The position numbers and the translations under genes were made by a program. A DNA stretch of 64,000 nt from positions 17,672,001-17,736,000 of the forward strand of contig NW_024704743.1 of assembly GCF_018977255.1 (NCBI RefSeq), read 5' to 3'. This stretch comes from Callorhinchus milii. Lineage: Eukaryota. This document shows, in pieces, positions 13,055 to 26,400 of this stretch. How positions within the stretch are numbered: position 1 is the first letter of the stretch; every line of letters begins with the position of its first letter. Below the pieces are notes generated by a model. The model saw only the letters and a program-made list of their open reading frames with translations. It did not search any database and was not told the origin of the DNA.

Positions 13055-13475
13055 GGATAGTTTAGTTCCTGAGCCAGGCAGATCTGCTGTATTCCAGGGC
13101 ACTGCTGATGACAGCTTGGCTGTTCGGCAGGACTGAAGGTTGAGCCCCAAGGGGCACTAGAGGCAGAGATTCTTTCCACTCGGTGCCTACAAATCCTGAT
13201 GTCAAAGCCCCAATAGGAAACTTGTTAGTCAGTGCTCACAATGGCAAACTTTGTAGTTTTCGCTGGTTGAATTCCAACATACCACACACACTGGGTTCCC
13301 CAATATTTGTCTCCTGCCAATCTGCACCTCATACTCTCCAGAATTGGGTGAGCAGGGTGTATTGCTCTGGGGTGAGAGTGTGCATTACATTCCAGTGAGA
13401 GGGAAATTTCCATGTAGTGAAGGTGTGCATATCTGGTTTTGATACCCTTAAGCATGGTAATGGGTTTTTATATGT
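13055..13475. repeat. Unclassified interspersed repeat copy
   Basis: gttcctgagccag..cactgctgatgacagc..gatacccttaagcatgg. Confidence 0.75.
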
Positions 13476-14209
13476 GTCAGTTACACGGGTGTCCAACACG
13501 TCTTATTCAGGGGAGGTAAGTGGAGCTACATGCTTTTTTGAAGTATTGTATGTTGGGTTTGGAAAATCTAGTTATACAGTAACTCCCGATAGCAACTTCA
13601 TTGTAGATTAGAGCACCAGTCTGATGGAAATGCAGTTTCAAAATTAGGCATCACGGCATAATTACTGAAAGGAAACAATGAAAAACAACTCACAGATATC
13701 AAATGAGATTCCCTGTATTAAAAGGGGATTATTTGTTCAATTCCACTGTTTACAAAAATGATTACATTTATATTCCAAGTTTGGGTTGTGTTGTGGAGGT
13801 GGGGCATGGACAGACCTGGGAATTAGTGTGATGATTGCATATTTCTAGGCAAACGCCGCAGTCAATTTGTACATAGCAGTATTCCCCAGACAGTTCTGAA
13901 GTGCATGATGCATTTTATTGGGGTAGGGGCGGATTGTTGGCTTGGACTGTGGGAAATTGCACTGGAGTGTCAGCCTATTCTATCAGCTCAAAGTCCCGAC
14001 AACCCACAACCTTCTGAATCATAGTCAAGAGTGCTGCCAGCTGAGATTATTAGAAGACCCATATCCTATCTCTGCTCAGATCTCTAATGCAGAAACTTCG
14101 GCACGTTAATGTTTAGGATGTGAGTATGCTACTTTATGTGACAAACTGCATTGAATTTAACATTGTTCTTGCCATTGTTTAAGGTTTTTGTTTTCCTGTT
14201 GTGCTTCAG

Positions 14210-14376
14210 TTATTCAAGGAACATCTGAACACAAGAATTGCGCTCGTTGCTATGGAAACCTGGGCAGTCGACAACAAGTTCAGCATAGATGAGAACCCTC
14301 AGGTAACCCTGCGAGAGTTCATGAAGTACAGGAGAGATTTCATCAAAGAGAAGAGCGATGCTGTCCACCTGTTCTC
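14210..14376 (+). CDS. ADAM22: ADAM22 exon: [56 protein letters not shown]
   Basis: cttcag|...|gtaagt; close to the human peptide. Confidence 0.98.
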
Positions 14377-15132
14377 GTAAGTACTGTCGTTCTTTCAGAA
14401 ACTTTTCTGTGCTTTGTTTTTGGATTATGGACTAGTAATAAAGCTTTGTAACGGTGATGTTTAATATAGTAGAAAACCCATACAATAGGATGTTTTGTTG
14501 TGGATTGGAAGCAGTTGCACTTTGCACTCATACAGATTTCAGCACCGATGCCTTTTTTGCTTAATATTACGCTGGCTGTTTTTCTATCTTCTTGCAACTT
14601 CTGAGTCCCCTTCCCATGGTAGGATAGGCACTGAGGAGTCACTGTGTATGCATTCAGCATTCAAAATAACTTTTAGAAATCACTGAGCTTATTCTCAGAA
14701 GATTGAGAATGAGGATGCATGGATTAGTCAACCACTCATCAGTGTAAAGCTGTATCTTCCTTGTGTGTTGTTACTTGTGACTGCCTTATCGAGACTAAAA
14801 TTATTTGACGACAGAGCCTTAGAATCAAAATTCTGGAATATGGCAGACTTATTTAAATTACTCAAAGCTCTCCCTTGATTATTGGCTGGATGAATGTTAT
14901 TAGCTCAACAGCAGTAAATATTCGATGCAGTATCGAACCCATGTGAGATTGAGCAGTCAAGCTGTTAAGAGTACCCCTACTGCACAAGTTGCACAGTTTC
15001 AGTCAGCAGTAACATTGAGAGGAAACATTCAGTATGTGATGTGAATATCATCAATTGTAATAATTATCATAAGGACAGAATATGTAGTTATGTAGGAGAA
15101 TCAGGTCTCCTGGAGGCAGTGAGGGCGGAGAA

Positions 15133-15456
15133 TCAACAACAACAACAAGATTACATTTGTATAGCTCCTTTCACGTCGGGAGGATGTCTCAAGGCACTGG
15201 ACAGTGTACAGCATTTCAGACCCGAGCTGGGGTCAGGGTGGGAGAAGGAGGGGAGGGGAAGGGAGGTTGGCCGATGGCATGGTCGAAGGGAAGGGTCTTG
15301 AGGGGGGACTTGAAGGAGGCTAAGGAGAGGGCAAGTCAGAGTGACTGGAGGATGGAATTCCAGAGGTTGGGGGCAGAGGGGCTGAAGGCTCTCCCGCCAA
15401 TGGTGGGGCGAGTGGGTCGAGGGATGTGGAGCAGGCCAGAGCCGGCTGAGCGGAGG
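15133..15456 (-). mobile_element. L2 LINE 3' end
   Basis: (CAA)n tail, tttcacgtcgggagga, ORF2 C-terminal remnant. Confidence 0.9.
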
Positions 15457-16353
15457 AATCAATTTGGAATCAATTCCAAATTGGATCAGTTTCCAATCAA
15501 TGATGAGTGAAGAGTTTCTTAATTATCCTCAGTAATAATTAAGGCAGACAATTAAGGAACGTAATTAAATTGTGTTAAGAATCCAACAACTGTGAGCGTA
15601 TAGTGTCTCCGTAAAAGCAACAGGATTTTAATGTAGAGGAAGGGGAGGGTGAAGTAAGGGGAGGTTTAATGATTCAGCCACCATGAGAGGATTGTGAGAG
15701 CTTCCGCGAGAAAATACCTTTTGACCTTTTGTTTTTCCCTTCTGTAGACAACATGCAATTTTCTCTAACTGCTGAGTGAAAATTCTGCATAGAAATGCAA
15801 AGAGTGAAATTCCAGAATATACTGCTAACCTAATAAGCTATATTTTTCAACCCTGTTCAATTGTTTTGCACAATGATTCCTTAGTCCCAGTAGTGCAGAA
15901 ACTATCACGTTATTTGTGTAGAATATTTGATCATCTCTGACTTTACTTATAAACACGAATCTAGTCTAAACCTGATTTTGTTAACGAGGTAAAGTAAGGT
16001 TATCCTACTATTGGCAAAGTAGCTCCTGAAGCCGTCACGAAGCACTGTAACCGACCATTTCCATTCCAAAATCAACCCAGTCTGAACCACGTATGCGACC
16101 AGTCACAACCAAAGCGCTCTGAGACACTACCCTGAGTGGAAGACGCTATATAAGTGCATGTATTAGTATGAATGTTTGAATAGAATTGGGTATATTTGAC
16201 TCTAAACCATAGTGATTTCCAATAGGATTCATTGGCGAGTACTTTTCTAAGTCTAAATTGGGATCCCTTCTGGTAACCAAAAGTAAATCAGGCCAACCCG
16301 CCAGAATTGTGCTTTGATCGCATTAAATTGTCATTCCCACGTGTGACATTTGT

Positions 16354-16697
16354 GGAGTCTGTAGCTCAGTGGTTAGAGCACTCACCTCGTAAGCGAGGGA
16401 CCTGGGTTCTACTCCGGGCAGGGCAAAATGTTGGGCAAGTTTCCTTACTCTACACGCCTCTGTTTTCCGTGCATTAAGTAGGAACCCAGTTGTTAGTCGA
16501 TTGGGGAATTGCCTTTCCGGGGATAATAATCCTTTTGGTCACTCAATTAAAGACTGTTTGTGGGACAATTGGCTGTCGGGTTTCGCCCACAAAATATACA
16601 GTTAATTCACTTTACAGTATATTCTGTGAAGGGCTTTGAGACGTCTCGAAGACGTGATAAGGGGCTATATCAAATTCAAGGATTATTGTTATTATTA
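16354..16697 (+). mobile_element. Full-length tRNA-derived SINE
   Basis: Head, body and tail as in other copies. Confidence 0.92.
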
Positions 16698-16886
16698 TAC
16701 TTTTATTACCAGGAGTGCCAATTTGTGACTCTGTGTACTTACCAATAATCTTAATGAGAAATCACCATTCTATAGACCTCATCGTGTAAATATAATGACA
16801 CTGGTCACTGTTCTACTGTTTCAACATTTTATTTTTCGAACTGTCCCTCACCTCAGATTTACAATAGACCTTATCTGTATTTTAAG

Positions 16887-16971
16887 GGGATCTTCATTTA
16901 AAAGCAGCCAGAGTGGGGCAGCCTACCTTGGTGGTATTTGTTCACTATCTAAAGGTGGAGGAGTCAATGAG
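16887..16971 (+). CDS. ADAM22: ADAM22 exon: [28 protein letters not shown]
   Basis: tttaag|...|gtatgt. Confidence 0.96.
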
Positions 16972-18229
16972 GTATGTATGTGTTCTGATATGTAAGAGTC
17001 CAGTAAAGAATCTTTGCAGGCTGATACAATACAAAATGACATTTGTATAGCCCCTTTCACGTCGGCTGGACGTCCCAAGGTGCTGAAGGTTGGATGGCAC
17101 GATTTCTCAAAGTATCAGTAAGCTGTGCTGGGGCAGTGACACAATGTTGATCCCATCCTATGAGTTGCTGGCCCAAGCACTGTTTGAAGGATGGAGCAAG
17201 AATCTCCCACTTGGATGTGTGGGGAAAAAGCAGAAGGACTTTCATCCATCTATTGCTCTAGAACACCCTCTTGTGAACAGCTCAGTGTTAATGGTGCAGG
17301 GCTTTCTAGCTTGACAGCAGGCGGCATCTTGCTAGGAGTGGGGCAGTGACATGTAGATGGGAGGAAATATCTTTACGAAATTTAAATCAGGATTAATATT
17401 CATTAATATTCAATATTTCTTATTCTGAGAAGCGCTTTGAGATGTCTGAACGACATGATAGGACACTATATCAAATGCAAGGATTATTATTTATTATATA
17501 GAGTTGGTAGCAGTTCAGCAAGTGGGCAAACAAAATAAAGTAACTGTTGAAATTCCCTGGCAACTGTTACAGAACATTATTATTCAGAGCCGCCAGTTTG
17601 GAAACATTCTATGAATAACTATGAATAAGATCTGTTGTACTGTGTAAACATAATAATGGACTTTATTCACATTAATCATTGTAATACATAAAAATACTTA
17701 AAAATAACAGCTGTGAATCATGCTTACATTAGTGTCCACGCAAATCACGATGATTTATCCATTTACATTAATAAAGCAAAAATAACAAGCTGGTTTATTA
17801 ATCATTTCAGAGAGCGTGCATTTGTGCATTGGTTGGATTAGAATTCATTGTCTTTAGCTGTGAAGAGATTGTCCCGTTTATTGATCTGTTTGGAACAGTA
17901 GGTTTGAACGTTTGTTCAATCTGATATTTTATAAATGTTTACAAGTCAAACTTATAAGGTTAAGTGAGTTTTTCAGATGATTAATTTATTATAACATGAG
18001 ATACACGAACAAACATTACAAAATAAAACTCAGAGCAGAGGTTGGTCGCAGAAACCTAGGGTAATTTAAGTTTGGATATCCACTGCTTGCTAAAACATTT
18101 ACTTAAAGTATATTTACTCAAAATACAAAGCAATTAATAAAAGCTTTTTTGCTTTTAGAGTAAAAGTTCCATTTCTGACCTGTCTTATTGCCTAGTTTTT
18201 AAACCTTTTTTTAAAATAATAATAGTAAT

Positions 18230-18992
18230 AATTCTTGCATTTGATCTAGCGCCTTTCACATCAGGAGGATGTTCAAAGAGCTTCACAGGATATACTATAA
18301 AGTAGAATGACTATAATTTGTGGGCAAACTTAGCAGCCAATTTTCACACGTCAATATCCCACAAACACCCATGAAGTGAATGACCAATTTTATTAGGGGA
18401 TTGTTTGCCAGGACACTTCTATTTTCAAATAGTGCCATGGGATCTTTAACATCCGCCTGAACTGGCAGTTGGGACCTCGGTTTAATGTCCCCTCTAGCAC
18501 TGCATTGGAGTGTCAAGTTAATGTCAATTCCTGAGTTATGATTGAGACACTGAACTGAGTGTTACCTTATGAATTCCAATACAATACCAAATTAAATTTG
18601 TACAGCGCCTTTCACATCGGGAGGATGTCCCAAAGCACTTGACAGGCAGAGATTTGTACCTGATCAGAGAGGGGGAAGAGAAGGGAGGGTAGGAGGGCAG
18701 CCGAAGGTGCAGTCGAATAGGAGGGTTTTGAGAAGCGCGTTGAAGGAGGCAAGGGGGGAGTGAGACGAAGGGAATGTGGGATGGATTTCCAAAGAATGGG
18801 AGCAGAGAGGATGAAGGCCCGACCGCCGATGGTGGGGCAGGCTGGGCGGGGGCACATGGAGCAGGCCAGATCCTGCTGAGTGGAGGGAACGGACAGGTTG
18901 ATATGGATTGATATGACAAGCATCAACATGGAGCTTGAATCCACAACCTTCTGACTCCAAGGCAAGAGTCCTACCAACTGAGCCAGGTTGAC
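18230..18992 (-). mobile_element. DeuSINE-like relic interrupted by an L2 3' fragment (~18580-18905)
   Basis: Deu core at 18430-18515, tRNA-like head at 18930-18992, L2 tail between them. Confidence 0.75.
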
Positions 18993-19174
18993 ACACAATA
19001 TTGTCAGCCTTGGATATTGGGCCTTGGAAATTAGATAATCCAAGAAAAAGAACCTAGTATACCGTATTTAAAATACTCAGATTACAAAATTGAACAACAG
19101 TTCATTAAAGGGTCAGTTATTTCACTGGAAAGTCACCTTCTGTCATATGTGTTCTTCTCTTTGGTGTGTTTCAG

Positions 19175-19262
19175 TTCGGAAATGTTGGTGGAATGGCTGT
19201 CACGCTTGCTCAAAGTCTAGCTCAAAATCTTGGCATTTTTTCAGAAAAGAAAAGAAACATCA
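19175..19262 (+). CDS. ADAM22: ADAM22 exon with degenerate Zn motif: FGNVGGMAVTLAQSLAQNLGIFSEKKRNI
   Basis: tttcag|...|gtaagt; QSLAQNLG replaces HExxHxxG. Confidence 0.96.
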
Positions 19263-19614
19263 GTAAGTTCCAGAAAGCTTTATTGTCATTGCATTTTTAT
19301 GATTGGTTTTGAGTATATAAATTTTTAAAAAGTGCGCTCCACCATCTAACCACCTCCTTTCGCAGACCACATAAAACCTACCCTATTGTGGAATCCATCT
19401 AGCTGTTTCGTCTGCCAGGCTAAAAATCTAGCCAGATTCCCAAAAGTAATGAAGCTAAATTTCCCGATTATTTATTCATGCCCACATCTCTACTATTTAA
19501 TTCAGGCTTTCTTTCCTCCACATGCAAACATTGAAACTTGCAGGAAGAAAAGTGCAGCATCATAATTAGGGAAAGCAGAAAATAAGCGGTAAAGTCCAGA
19601 GGTGTATCAGTCCG

Positions 19615-20040
19615 CAGTCCTCCAGAACACTTCTGCTGACAGCACAGCTCATCGGCAGGACCTGGAAGGGCAGACTAGTCACTGGAGGCCATTGAGCTCC
19701 TGTTAACCCTGCAAGCCAAAGCCCCAACGGGTTGGCTGGTCCTAGCTGGACAAGCAGCGGGAAAATTTGCTGGACAGCAATATCAGTGGCAAACTATTCG
19801 GTTTTAGCTGGTTAGACTCCAGCAGTACCCAAACACACACTCTGGGGTCTCCAAGCCTTGGCTCTTGCCAACCTGCACCTAATGCTTTCCAGAATTAGCT
19901 AATCAGGATATGTCCCTTCAGGGAGAGATTCACATTCCATTCCAACAATCTGTCTCTGGGATTTCCATGTGTAGGTGGAATGCATGGAAATCTCAGCTTG
20001 GTCTGGATACTCTTAAGCGTGGCGATGGTCCATGTGTCAG
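19615..20040. repeat. Unclassified interspersed repeat copy
   Basis: cctgcaagccaaagcccc..ctggacaagcagcgggaaa..ggatactcttaagc. Confidence 0.8.
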
Positions 20041-20832
20041 AATTCAGTGGACTTTATAAATGATTTCAGTGAAAAGAGAAAACAGAGATAAAGAATGTCA
20101 GGAAAGTCAAAGCAAAGTGAACGGAACATGATGGAGAAATGGAAATACATGCAGAGACCATTAAACTGAACAATAAAGTCCAGAAAATAATTGGCAAAGT
20201 GACAGAGATTAATAGAGAAATTCTCGGGCTGGACTTAATTGTTAAGTGTGCTGAATTCTGGCCACTCCAAAATAATACGTATTTGAAGTAAATTTAAACC
20301 GCGAAATTCCACGCTGGTCTAGATTTACTTTGTTTGCATAGTATTTTAGAGTGCCCAGAAATCAGTAAATTCTTAAGTACAGTCTGTTCTCCGGTTTTCT
20401 TTAAGACCTTTTAAGGTATACAAAAGCAAATTCAAAGTTAAGACTCAGTTGGACACTCAACGATGAAACACATATTTGGCTGTAGCTGCTAATTCTTATT
20501 TATTAGACAGTCAATATAGTTGCTGCAAAGCTAATGGCATTCCACTGCATCATCTCGGCTCAGTGCCTCTGGAAATCAATGGTTGTAAAAGAAGCGTCTA
20601 ATTTATTGACCGATTTTAAGAACAGAAATTTAGATGAAGTCATCAAGTTAAGTTATTACTGAACTTTTACTATTGTACTGAGAATGGTATCGGTCGAAGT
20701 GGGCCTATCTCTACCTGTCAAAGAAATAAAAGGATACTACAAACTTATGAACTTGAGAAAAACATTTTCATGTGCAATTTTGAAGATGATGGAATTCATG
20801 CAGATTTCATATGTTTTTCTTTTTCATTACAG

Positions 20833-20884
20833 ATGATTGCAAGTGTGATGATAAATGGGCTGGCTGTATAATGGAAGATTCGGG
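20833..20884 (+). CDS. ADAM22: ADAM22 exon: DCKCDDKWAGCIMEDS(G), Met-turn
   Basis: ttacag|...|gtatgt; CIM motif. Confidence 0.96.
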
Positions 20885-23077
20885 GTATGTTGTTGTTTTG
20901 TGTCAGTTTCACTGTGTGTATGTGTGTGTGTTGGAACTCCACTTCAGAAAAAGGATTAGAATCATAGGGTACAACACAGAATTGGTTTAACACTTACTAA
21001 CCACCTCCTTTCGCAGATCACATCTGACACTATCAGATTTTAAGCTGCTACTCTTTCTCCCAAAGAAATAAACTGAAACATGAAATGTAAGCACTTTATT
21101 ACATCAGGAATGATGTGGCATGTTCCTTTTCTTTGCTCAAGTTGGGCGATGGTGACACATGGTGATGGACCCAGGTATCCTTGAGAAACAAGTCAAATTG
21201 CTTTAGTCCTCATTGACAGAGTTTCCGGGTCTATCTGGTAAAATAATGCTGGGATGTTAGATTTGAGCACCTGAAGGGAGAAATATCAGCTAGGATTCCT
21301 TTCCTAATTGGGCGATGAAAGAGCCTGATCCCTATCCAGTGAACTTTGCTGGAAGTGTATGTGTGAAAGTATCAAGATAGGACTAGTTTCGACTGCAATG
21401 CCATCCCCCCCACCCCCCTTCCCTTTGCAGGTGAATAAATAGTCTGCTGACATCCACAATAATAAGAATAAGAATCCTTGCATTTGGTAAAGCGTTTTTC
21501 ACATCAGGAGAATATTTCAAACCACTTCACAGTATTTACTGTAAAATGTAGTGACTGTGCAATTTGTAGGCTAAAGCAAGCAGCCAATTCATGCACATCA
21601 ACGTCCCACGGCAGTCCGTAAATAATGGCCATTTGCCTAAGAGGGTGCCAGCACTTTTGCAAGTGTACTCCAACGGATGGGAAAAAGGAGTTGATCAGTT
21701 CGAGGAAAAAATCTCAAAGGACAAAAATTGGCCGGAAAAATCTATTGCAGTAAATGGGAAGGGGGAAGGGAAAGAGATTCCTCACATAACAACGTATGGG
21801 GGTTGCAGTTCATTCTAGCCAATAATTTACAATTGATATTGGATATGCAGGAAGTACAGTTAAAGTTTCTCTCTAGCGCTAGCTGCCAACAATGTCTCCC
21901 GAGTGCTAACTTAACCCATGATTGTAAGATGATTTGATTGCAATATCTGCAAAGTGGGCGGGGGTGGGGGGGGTGAAGGGGGAGGGGGGGGGGAAATGCT
22001 AACTAAGGGACCGTGATTGTGGTGATTGTATCCAAGTAACGCATCAGTTGCTTATCATGGAGGAGTCCCTCTTTAAAATGGGGTTATATCTGCATGTAAA
22101 AGGTTTCAGATTTTTAGAAAATGACTTCAGAGGCAGCCTTATGTGATGGCATGATGTTTCATTACAATGACGTTATGAATAAGGAGCCTATTGACAACCC
22201 CTTTGCCTCTGTCATGGAATGGAACCTCATTCAGAGTAAACTCACTCTCTGTACTGGTCTGTACTGATCCCAATTCCCAAATCCCTGACCGTGCAGCGCC
22301 TTGGGTCGTAATTTGTTCTTGTTGTTGTACTGACCGCAATTGGACAGTCATGACTGTTCTGGTGCGAGTTTTCACTCTGGTGCCCTCTTCTCTAATCCCA
22401 TTCCCGTGCTCTTTCCCTACACAACTTTAGTATCTTTGCTCTGATACTGATGGAATTCCCTTTTAAACTGTAACCATGGACTCCGCTTTACCAGCTCTTC
22501 GTGGTAAAACATTGGACACGCTTCGCAACCCTCCTCTGTCCTCTGCGTGAAGCAATTATTCTAATCATGTGTCCGTTTTTTTGCCACCAACGGTTCTTAC
22601 CGATTAAAGTTAACCTTTTAAGTAGATTTTTAACATCTATTATGTTTTGTTAAAAATAATTAGATTATCATTTTAACATCTATTGTGGAGTGTCGTTTTC
22701 TGACAACTGCTGTACTTCGTTTATTCAGCGCTGCTCATTTCATTTTGCAAAATATTTTATTATGAACCTTTTTGTTTCAAAGTGTTGCAAGTCTGGCTGG
22801 TAAGTGTTGTGAGCGGTAAACTCCAGCAGGTAGCGATGTATCCCAGGGCATGTAAATAAAGCGCGTCTCCTTCAGCAGGTGGTATATACCTGGAGTTTCA
22901 GAATGACCACAAGGTGGCGGTCCTTTCCACCTAACTTCTGTATTGTTTTAGTTTTCATGTAGATTTTTTCAAAATAATTTTATATATTTTATCAGAATAT
23001 CATTGTGGTCCATGCAGCTCGTCTCAAAGTATTCTTTTTTTTAATTCTGAACTATTCTATTTACATCTCAAGTCCTG

Positions 23078-23414
23078 AGACCTGTAGCTCAGTGGTCACA
23101 GCACTCGCAAGCGAGAGGGCCTGGGTTCGATTCCCAGGCAGGGCGAAACATTGGGCAAGTTTCCTTACTCCACACGCCTCTGTTTACCCAGCAGTAAGTA
23201 GGAACCCGGTTGTTAGTCGATTGACGGATAAATAATAATAATTTGGTCACTCAATCCACGACTGTTTGTGGGACACTGTTGTGCGCAATTGGCTGCAGCA
23301 TTTCACCCACAAAATATAGTCAATTCACTTTACAGTGTATTCTGTGAAGCGCTCTGGGACGTCCTCCCGACGTGAAAAGCGCCATATCAAATGCAAGGAT
23401 TATTATTATTATTA
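23078..23414 (+). mobile_element. tRNA-derived SINE with L2-type tail variant
   Basis: Head and body of the family; tail gggacgtcctcccgacgtgaaaagcg. Confidence 0.92.
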
Positions 23415-24118
23415 TAAAGCAAGGTTTTACCCTTAATAAAATCTGTACATCCTCTAGTGAGAGGTTAACTGGTGATTACTGTTCATTAGTTTTGTTTATT
23501 TGCACTCTGCTCTGGGACATTATCCCGCGTGAAAAAATATTTACTTTATAAATGCAAATTGTTGTTGCATTTGAAGAATATCTTGTTCAGTTATTTTAAC
23601 CACAGTTCCTTGACCCTCACTACAATTCACTGGTACTTCATTGCACTGACCAAGTCTTTTGAAACAATTGTGTGACATTGACTTAACTAGAACAAGGATA
23701 TGAGTGTAGTGGTTGTAACATGCCTGTACAATGAATGGAAGTACAAAATAGTGCAGTTCTCTGGTATTGTCACTTTTGGTTTACCATCCGCAAGAGACTG
23801 AGAACAACAGTGTTTCACTCCAAGAGCTGTGCAGCAAAACAATCTAAGTATTGTAACAAAAGCACGGCACAGTATCTCACTTACATAACGGAGCCGTGAT
23901 TATGATGTGGAGATTTTGAAACCACTGCTTGTTCAGAGTGCACTGCAAATCACTTCCATGGTGGGCAGTGTTACTTGGAGTCCGAGTTCGTGAACCTATG
24001 TTTGTATATCCAGGACTTGTTCCACCTTGTTTGGTTTTCAGAGTGGAAAGGAGCTGCTGCTCAAGCTCTGCAGGTCCATCTCCACCTGGTGGAACCATCG
24101 CTCAACAGAAAGGGATGT

Positions 24119-24412
24119 GGAGTCCTGTAGCTTAGTGGTTAGAGAACTCTCCTCACAATCGAGAGGACCTGGGTTTGATTCCCGGGCAGGGCGAAATGTT
24201 GGGCAAGTTTCCTTGCTCCGCAAGCCTCTGTTTACCAAGCAGTAAGTAGGAACCCAGTTGTTAGTCCATTGGTGGATTGCTTTTCCAGAGGTAATAATCT
24301 CTTCAAAAAAAATTATTATTTGGCCACTTAATCCACGACTGTTTGTGGGATACTGCTGTGTACAAATGGCTGACTCGTTTCTCTCACAATATATATAGTC
24401 AATTCACTTTCA
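24119..24412 (+). mobile_element. tRNA-derived SINE, tail partly deleted
   Basis: Head and body match the family. Confidence 0.9.
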
Positions 24413-24574
24413 CGTTGGGAGGATAAGGGCTTGTTGGATGTCCAATGACCAACCAGTGACTATTCTTCTTGGGTGGGACATGGTCAGCTCTCCTGGGAGC
24501 TGAACTGACTCCAAGATCACATGTTTGGCAATGGAATGTCAGAATTGAGCCAACCCTCTGTGCCGGTCTTGGTA

Positions 24575-24995
24575 AAACAACAACAAGATTACATTTGTAT
24601 AGCGCCTTTCACGTCGGGAGGACGTCCCAAGGCGCTGGTAGTCCAGTTCCTGAGCCAGATGGGTCCTCAGGACTCCAGAGCACTGCTGATGACAGCGCAG
24701 CCAGCCTGGCTCATTGGACTTAGAAGGGATTCTTCCCACTCAGCTCCTGTTAACCTGCAAGCCAAAGCCCTAACGGGTAGGGTGGTCCAGCTGGACAAGC
24801 AGCGGGAAAGCTTGCCAGACAGTGGCAAATTATAGCTGGTTACACTCCAGCAGCACTCTTGTCAACCTGCACTTGATACATTCCGAAATTAGGAAAGTAG
24901 GATGCATCGCTCCAGGGGAGACTGTGCATTCCATCCCAATAAATATCTCTGGAATTTCCATTTATAGGGGAGTTGTATGGAATTCTCAATTTGGT
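24575..24995. repeat. L2 tail (24575-24636, minus strand) abutting an unclassified repeat copy
   Basis: (CAA)n..cccaaggcgctg followed directly by gtagtccagttcctgagccag. Confidence 0.8.
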
Positions 24996-25096
24996 TTGAA
25001 AGGATTGTAAATAAAATATCTGTGTAGCAAATGTTTTAACAACAGTTAAAATATATAATACCTTTCATGTAGGACGAACATCTTAAAGCAGTTCAC

Positions 25097-25815
25097 CACC
25101 ACCAACAACAACAACAAGATTCCATTTATAGAGCGCCTTTCACGTCAGGAGGACGTCCCAAGGCGCTGTACAGTTGGGTCAGGACCCGAGCAGGGGGGAA
25201 ATGGTCAGGGTGAGGGGAGGGAAGGGAGGGAGCGAGGAGGGGGGAAATGGTCAGGGTGAGGGGAGGGAAGGGAGGGAGCGAGGAGGGGGTAGAGAGTCGA
25301 GAGGGGAGCTGAAGGCACGGTCAAAGAGAAAGGTCTTGAGACCGGCCTTGAAGGAGGAAAGGGAGGAGGCGGCGAAGGCACTGGGGGATAGAGTTCCAGA
25401 GCCTCGGGGCTGAGAGGCTGAAGGCCCGGCCACCGATGGTAGGGCGGTTGGGGCGGGGGACGTGGAGCAGACCGGAGCCAGAGGAACGGAGGGTACGGGC
25501 AGGTAAGTAGGGGGATAGTAGGTCAGAGAGGTAGGAGGGAGCAAGGCCGTGAATGGCCTTGTAGGTGAGGATGAGGATCTTGAATTCGATCCTCTGGGGG
25601 ATGGGGAGCCAGTGGAGGTGAGCGAGGGTGGGAGTGATGTGGTCGCGAAGCCTGGTGCGGGACAGTACACGAGCTGCAGAGTTCTGAATGACCTGCAGCT
25701 TGTGGAGGGAGGTGCCGGGAAGGCCGGCGAGGAGAGAGTTCCCATGGGCCAGCCTTGAGGTGATAAAGGCGTGAACCAGAGTTTCAGCAGCGTGAGGGGT
25801 GAGGTAGTGCCGTAG
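25097..25815 (-). mobile_element. Relatively young L2 LINE 3' fragment with internal 46-bp tandem duplication
   Basis: CpG-rich; LSSFKAGLKTFLF; (CAA)n tail. Confidence 0.92.
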
Positions 25816-25909
25816 TCAAGACAAAGTGTAAGCGAGGATAGCAGTGACGAAAACAGATAGAATTTAAGAGCGTTGAGTTAAGGCACAGTGTGAAGAGCTT
25901 TTTTTTTAA

Positions 25910-26400
25910 GCAGAATTTTGAAAATAGGGAGAGGAAAAGCAAGGCAAGGGGATTTTAGGAGAGATCCAGAAACCAGAGGTTTAGCAGCTGAAGACTCAGC
26001 CACCTACTGTGGGACAGAGGGAGTGAGGAACGAGCAGAAAACCATAAGGGCTTGGGTAGGAGAAAAGGCTTGGGAGACTGCGCAGCTAGGAAACGGTGAG
26101 ACCACGAAAGGATATGAAGGTCAGGACTATGATTTTAAAGGTGATCCGCTGGGGGACTGGCAGCCAGTGGAGCTTAATGAGGATAGGGGTAATGGGTGTG
26201 TGGAACTTAATGTGGGAGAGAATAAGCGCTAAAGAGGTATGGATGAGTTGAAGCGTGTGGCTGGTGGAGATGTGGACACTAATGATGAGAGCCCTGGAGA
26301 AGTCTAACCTTGAGTTAACAAAAGCATGATGACAGTTTCGCATGTGGAGGGGGTGAGATAGGGCTATAAGTGGCCAATGTTCTAGAGATGGAAGAAAGCA
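25910..26400 (-). mobile_element. Older L2 ORF2 fragment
   Basis: HAFVNSRLDF..ITPILIKLHWLPVPQRITFKI. Confidence 0.85.
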
